Shown: positions 43,026-45,574 of the stretch, piece by piece | Numbering within the stretch: the first letter of the stretch is position 1 | Layout of the letters: each line of letters starts with the position of its first letter | Program-made: the position numbers and the translations under genes | Notes under the pieces: generated by a model | What the model was told of the DNA's origin: nothing | Seen by the model: the letters and a program-made list of their open reading frames with translations, nothing else | Databases searched by the model: none | From: Bdellovibrionota bacterium | GTDB taxonomy: Bacteria > Bdellovibrionota > UBA1018 | DNA: 45,574 bases | Assembly: GCA_035291325.1 (NCBI GenBank) | Contig: DATDSK010000183.1 | Span: forward strand, 1 to 45,574 | Direction of reading: 5' to 3'

Positions 43026-44531
43026 TCAAAATAATTCCTGCAGCGCGCGAGCGAGACAGTGAGTGCCGCGCGGTGCCTTGACCTTGAGATGAGAGCCAGG
43101 AACTCGGTGCTGAATCTGGAAACCCGGATTTCCGTGTGCGTCGAAGCCGATATCCAGATCCGCCACATACACGTTGCGATTGAATTTATTCAGCGTATCC
43201 CAATCCAGGGTCGAGTAATTTTCTCCGGGAAGAATATCCTTATCGGTCGCGTGAAAAGTGATTTTCCAGCGTCCCTGTTCGTCCTGAAAGGCGTGGGCTC
43301 GGGCAGGGCCCCAGGAGAGTCGATAAGTTTTGCGGATTTCGTCACCAATATCCAGGAGGTCACGCCCTCCCGGCTTCATAAGCGGTTTGAACGGCCCTTT
43401 CATCGTGTCACTGATCAGAACGTGGATGCCATAGCGGTCGGTCGAAAAATCTCCACCGCTGACCAGCATGAAATACTGTCGCTGTCCGGTAACGGGGTTA
43501 TCAAATGCCGTTACTCGGGGGCCTTCCATCAGGATGCTGCTCTCCGCCGGAGTCGGGCCATCAGTCCGGACGAGAGAGGGAAAGGGCTTCGTCTCGTCAA
43601 TATGGAACATCTTGACTTCGCTTGCGTCGTCGGCAGCCTTGAACGGAGAAACCATTTCACGGCAGAAAGGTTCCGTGATCGGCATGCCTATCCCCGTCAG
43701 ACGGGAAATCATTTCATAGCAAAGCACGGGGCGTCCGCCGCGTGTACTGAATTCACCCGGCTTGCTGAGGATGAGATTGCCCCGTCCATCGGTAATGACA
43801 TGGCGGCCATAAGTGTGTCCCTGCCAGTTCTCAGTTGACATGGTCGTTTCGCCAAAGAGCGGTTTAGGCAACTGGACCAGCTTGCCGTCGCGACTCTTCA
43901 CGAATGCATAGGAGCGGCGCGCTTTATTGTCCGCCGGGAAACGGGCGTATTTTCTCCCACCAGTCGGGTTTATTACGCCACCATAAAAGACATCGAGAAC
44001 GCCATTCTCGAGAAAACTCTGGATCCGCGTGCCATCATCGAGAAGGATGTCGATCTCATTTCCGTTCCGCAGGATTTCTTTTATTCCGGATTCTTCTTTC
44101 GGAAACTCTTTGAAAAAGTTTGTCTTTTCATCAAAGGAGAATTTGTATTTGTTGACGTCCCAAATGGCTTCTTGCCCGCGGAGCGCGGTTTTCCCGTCGG
44201 AATAGTAAAACGGAAGCTCTTCGACCTTGTATTTTCCACCCCGGAGAAAGTCGTCCATAGATTTGAAGATGAGGACGCGTTTTCCGGTCCCGTAAACTGT
44301 TACGCTGCCGTCCGGGCGAATGCGAACGAACGGGTCGGCCGTCGGAACCATGTACCGCTTATCCTGTCCGACGCGAAGCCACTTGCCCGTGACTTGCTTG
44401 AGGTTGGCAAAAGGATGGAGCTTTGTTGAAGCGTATTTAATGTCGAGCTTCTCATTGGCCCCTGTCGAAAACGCGAGCGCGATGGAAGCCGCAAGAGTGA
44501 TCATCAAAATGTTACGAAAAATGCGCATCAC
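43026..44531 (-). CDS. Secreted protein, probable GH43-like five-bladed beta-propeller
   Basis: Signal peptide MMRIFRNILMITLAASIALAFS. ADPFVRIRPDGSVTVYGT and LMEGPRVTAF...YFMLVSGG resemble the Asp and Glu catalytic contexts of GH43-type enzymes. The family call is tentative. Confidence 0.6.
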   Translation of the reverse strand: MMRIFRNILMITLAASIALAFSTGANEKLDIKYASTKLHPFANLKQVTGKWLRVGQDKRYMVPTADPFVRIRPDGSVTVYGTGKRVLIFKSMDDFLRGGKYKVEELPFYYSDGKTALRGQEAIWDVNKYKFSFDEKTNFFKEFPKEESGIKEILRNGNEIDILLDDGTRIQSFLENGVLDVFYGGVINPTGGRKYARFPADNKARRSYAFVKSRDGKLVQLPKPLFGETTMSTENWQGHTYGRHVITDGRGNLILSKPGEFSTRGGRPVLCYEMISRLTGIGMPITEPFCREMVSPFKAADDASEVKMFHIDETKPFPSLVRTDGPTPAESSILMEGPRVTAFDNPVTGQRQYFMLVSGGDFSTDRYGIHVLISDTMKGPFKPLMKPGGRDLLDIGDEIRKTYRLSWGPARAHAFQDEQGRWKITFHATDKDILPGENYSTLDWDTLNKFNRNVYVADLDIGFDAHGNPGFQIQHRVPGSHLKVKAPRGTHCLARALQELF

Positions 44532-44611
44532 TTTCTATTCGGGTCATTAATAAAATTCCTTTATAACTAAAGCTCTTCAGTTGAATGCTCTTTTTGCCCG
44601 ATAAAATGTAG

Positions 44612-45574
44612 ATGGGTGTCACTTTGATACTCTTACTCATTTTAGAAGCTTGGCTCGGGTTCGGGAGCGGCGCGCTCGAAGCCGCGCAACCGGCAAATTG
44701 CCTGACAGGCTTCGTTGCGGCCGAAATCCGTAAAAACCCGGATTTCAAGAAAACACCGGTGTTTAAAGCTGAGATCAATCGTTTGATGAAGGCCGCGACA
44801 GGAAGCGGCCCCAAGGCGGTATTGGCGGGTCGCAAAGCCCAGGAGCTCCTCGGGCTCGATGACACGAACTGGACCTATTATTCTGCGCTCTACAAACGAA
44901 ACGCCTCCCGAAACGATGGCGCCGCGCCCGTCGTACGGCTTTTTGAGGAAGGAATCGATACCGCCGGGAAGACGATTGTTTATCCCACGTCTATCGCGCC
45001 CGCAGCTCTTTTGAAGCACTTGCGCAAGCACGAGTACGTTAACCTCGCCAAAAAGTCTGAAGGGTACGGTTCGGCAGCAAAGAATGCCGCGCTCTGGATT
45101 AAGAAGATGCAGGCCGGAAGCGGTTCTTCGCTCACCCGGACGAGCTACCTGAGCCGAAGGCTTGGGATACCCGAAGCGCAGGTCAGAATCGGCGCCAAAG
45201 GGACGGACCTGCTTATTGACGTTCCTCATCCGGTTACCGGAAAAGTCGTTCAGATCCCGATTGTCGAGGCGCAGATCCTTCAGTCCATTCTCGACAGGAA
45301 GAACGACACCTTCGGGTTAGTCATTTTCCACGACATCCTGAGTTCCGAAACAAAGGAATCCATCCGCAAGATGTGGAAAAAACCTTCGCTCCTTGACCCT
45401 CGAAAAACCTACGAGGAGCTGATCGCAGAAACTCCCGGTCTGGAGCGCTTTCGCGAAACGATGCAGTCCCATATCCCCACGCTGGACGAAGCCGGACAGA
45501 TCACGTTCGAGCGGGAAGCTCCGGGCGGGCACGCGCTTTTCGCGATTGACGCGCTTCGCGCGGCTTACAAACCG
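44612..45574 (+). CDS. UDPGP-family (UTP-sugar-1-phosphate uridylyltransferase-like) protein; the 3' end lies outside the window
   Basis: Not in the supplied ORF track because it has no stop in the window. I translated the frame by hand: it is open from the TAG at 44609-44611 to the window end. WIKKMQAGSGSSLTRTSYL resembles the LNGGLGTSMG nucleotide-binding loop, and EREAPGGHALF resembles the PPGHGD region. The start is the ATG at 44612, which gives a hydrophobic N-terminus, or the ATG at 44786. The opposite-strand ORF 44642..45229 is Arg-rich shadow. Confidence 0.6.
   Translation, partial: MGVTLILLLILEAWLGFGSGALEAAQPANCLTGFVAAEIRKNPDFKKTPVFKAEINRLMKAATGSGPKAVLAGRKAQELLGLDDTNWTYYSALYKRNASRNDGAAPVVRLFEEGIDTAGKTIVYPTSIAPAALLKHLRKHEYVNLAKKSEGYGSAAKNAALWIKKMQAGSGSSLTRTSYLSRRLGIPEAQVRIGAKGTDLLIDVPHPVTGKVVQIPIVEAQILQSILDRKNDTFGLVIFHDILSSETKESIRKMWKKPSLLDPRKTYEELIAETPGLERFRETMQSHIPTLDEAGQITFEREAPGGHALFAIDALRAAYKP

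Noticed and set aside
44642-45229. The 195-aa minus-strand ORF offered by the track at the right edge.
   Set aside because: It is Arg-rich with low-complexity translation and no motifs. The opposite strand carries a longer open frame with nucleotidyltransferase-like motifs that continues past the window end.

Overview
The window is a 45.6 kb, moderately GC-rich chromosomal segment from a diderm (Gram-negative-type) bacterium. Lipoproteins, outer-membrane barrels, an RND pump and TatA support that assignment. I call 36 protein-coding genes (two run off the window edges) and one tRNA-Arg(CCG). I found no rRNA, CRISPR array, transposase, integrase or phage genes. From left to right the content is:
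- a cyclase-family gene plus a three-subunit molybdenum hydroxylase operon, then tRNA-Arg, yggS and maf;
- a partner-switching-type signalling cluster: a receiver-like/RsbW-like kinase, a STAS protein with a 4-Cys tail, a Cache-HAMP-PP2C phosphatase and a FecR-domain protein;
- tatA, an FNR-like reductase and a PQQ-like beta-propeller lipoprotein;
- a two-gene MtrA/MtrB-type porin-cytochrome module, followed at short spacing by a haem-free lipoprotein, an HEXXH metallopeptidase and an S8 peptidase;
- an RND permease with no adaptor gene, and a class III cyclase-TPR protein;
- a PoxB-like/SDR pair, an enolase-superfamily enzyme, and a small OMP followed by a HAD-phosphatase/HerA-like ATPase fusion;
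- two dehydrogenases, an uncharacterised PRTase-like/kinase-like protein and a GH13 enzyme;
- EamA and AI-2E transporters, a P2-type ATPase, a GH43-like secreted protein and a UDPGP-like gene missing from the supplied ORF track.
The best candidate for something new is the minimal MtrAB-type electron conduit. It has no recognisable haem partner nearby and sits in apparent operonic linkage with non-haem lipoproteins and proteases. Second-tier candidates are the sigma-less partner-switching cluster, the HAD-HerA fusion and the PRTase/kinase-like orphan. All family assignments come from motif recognition by eye. No searches were run.
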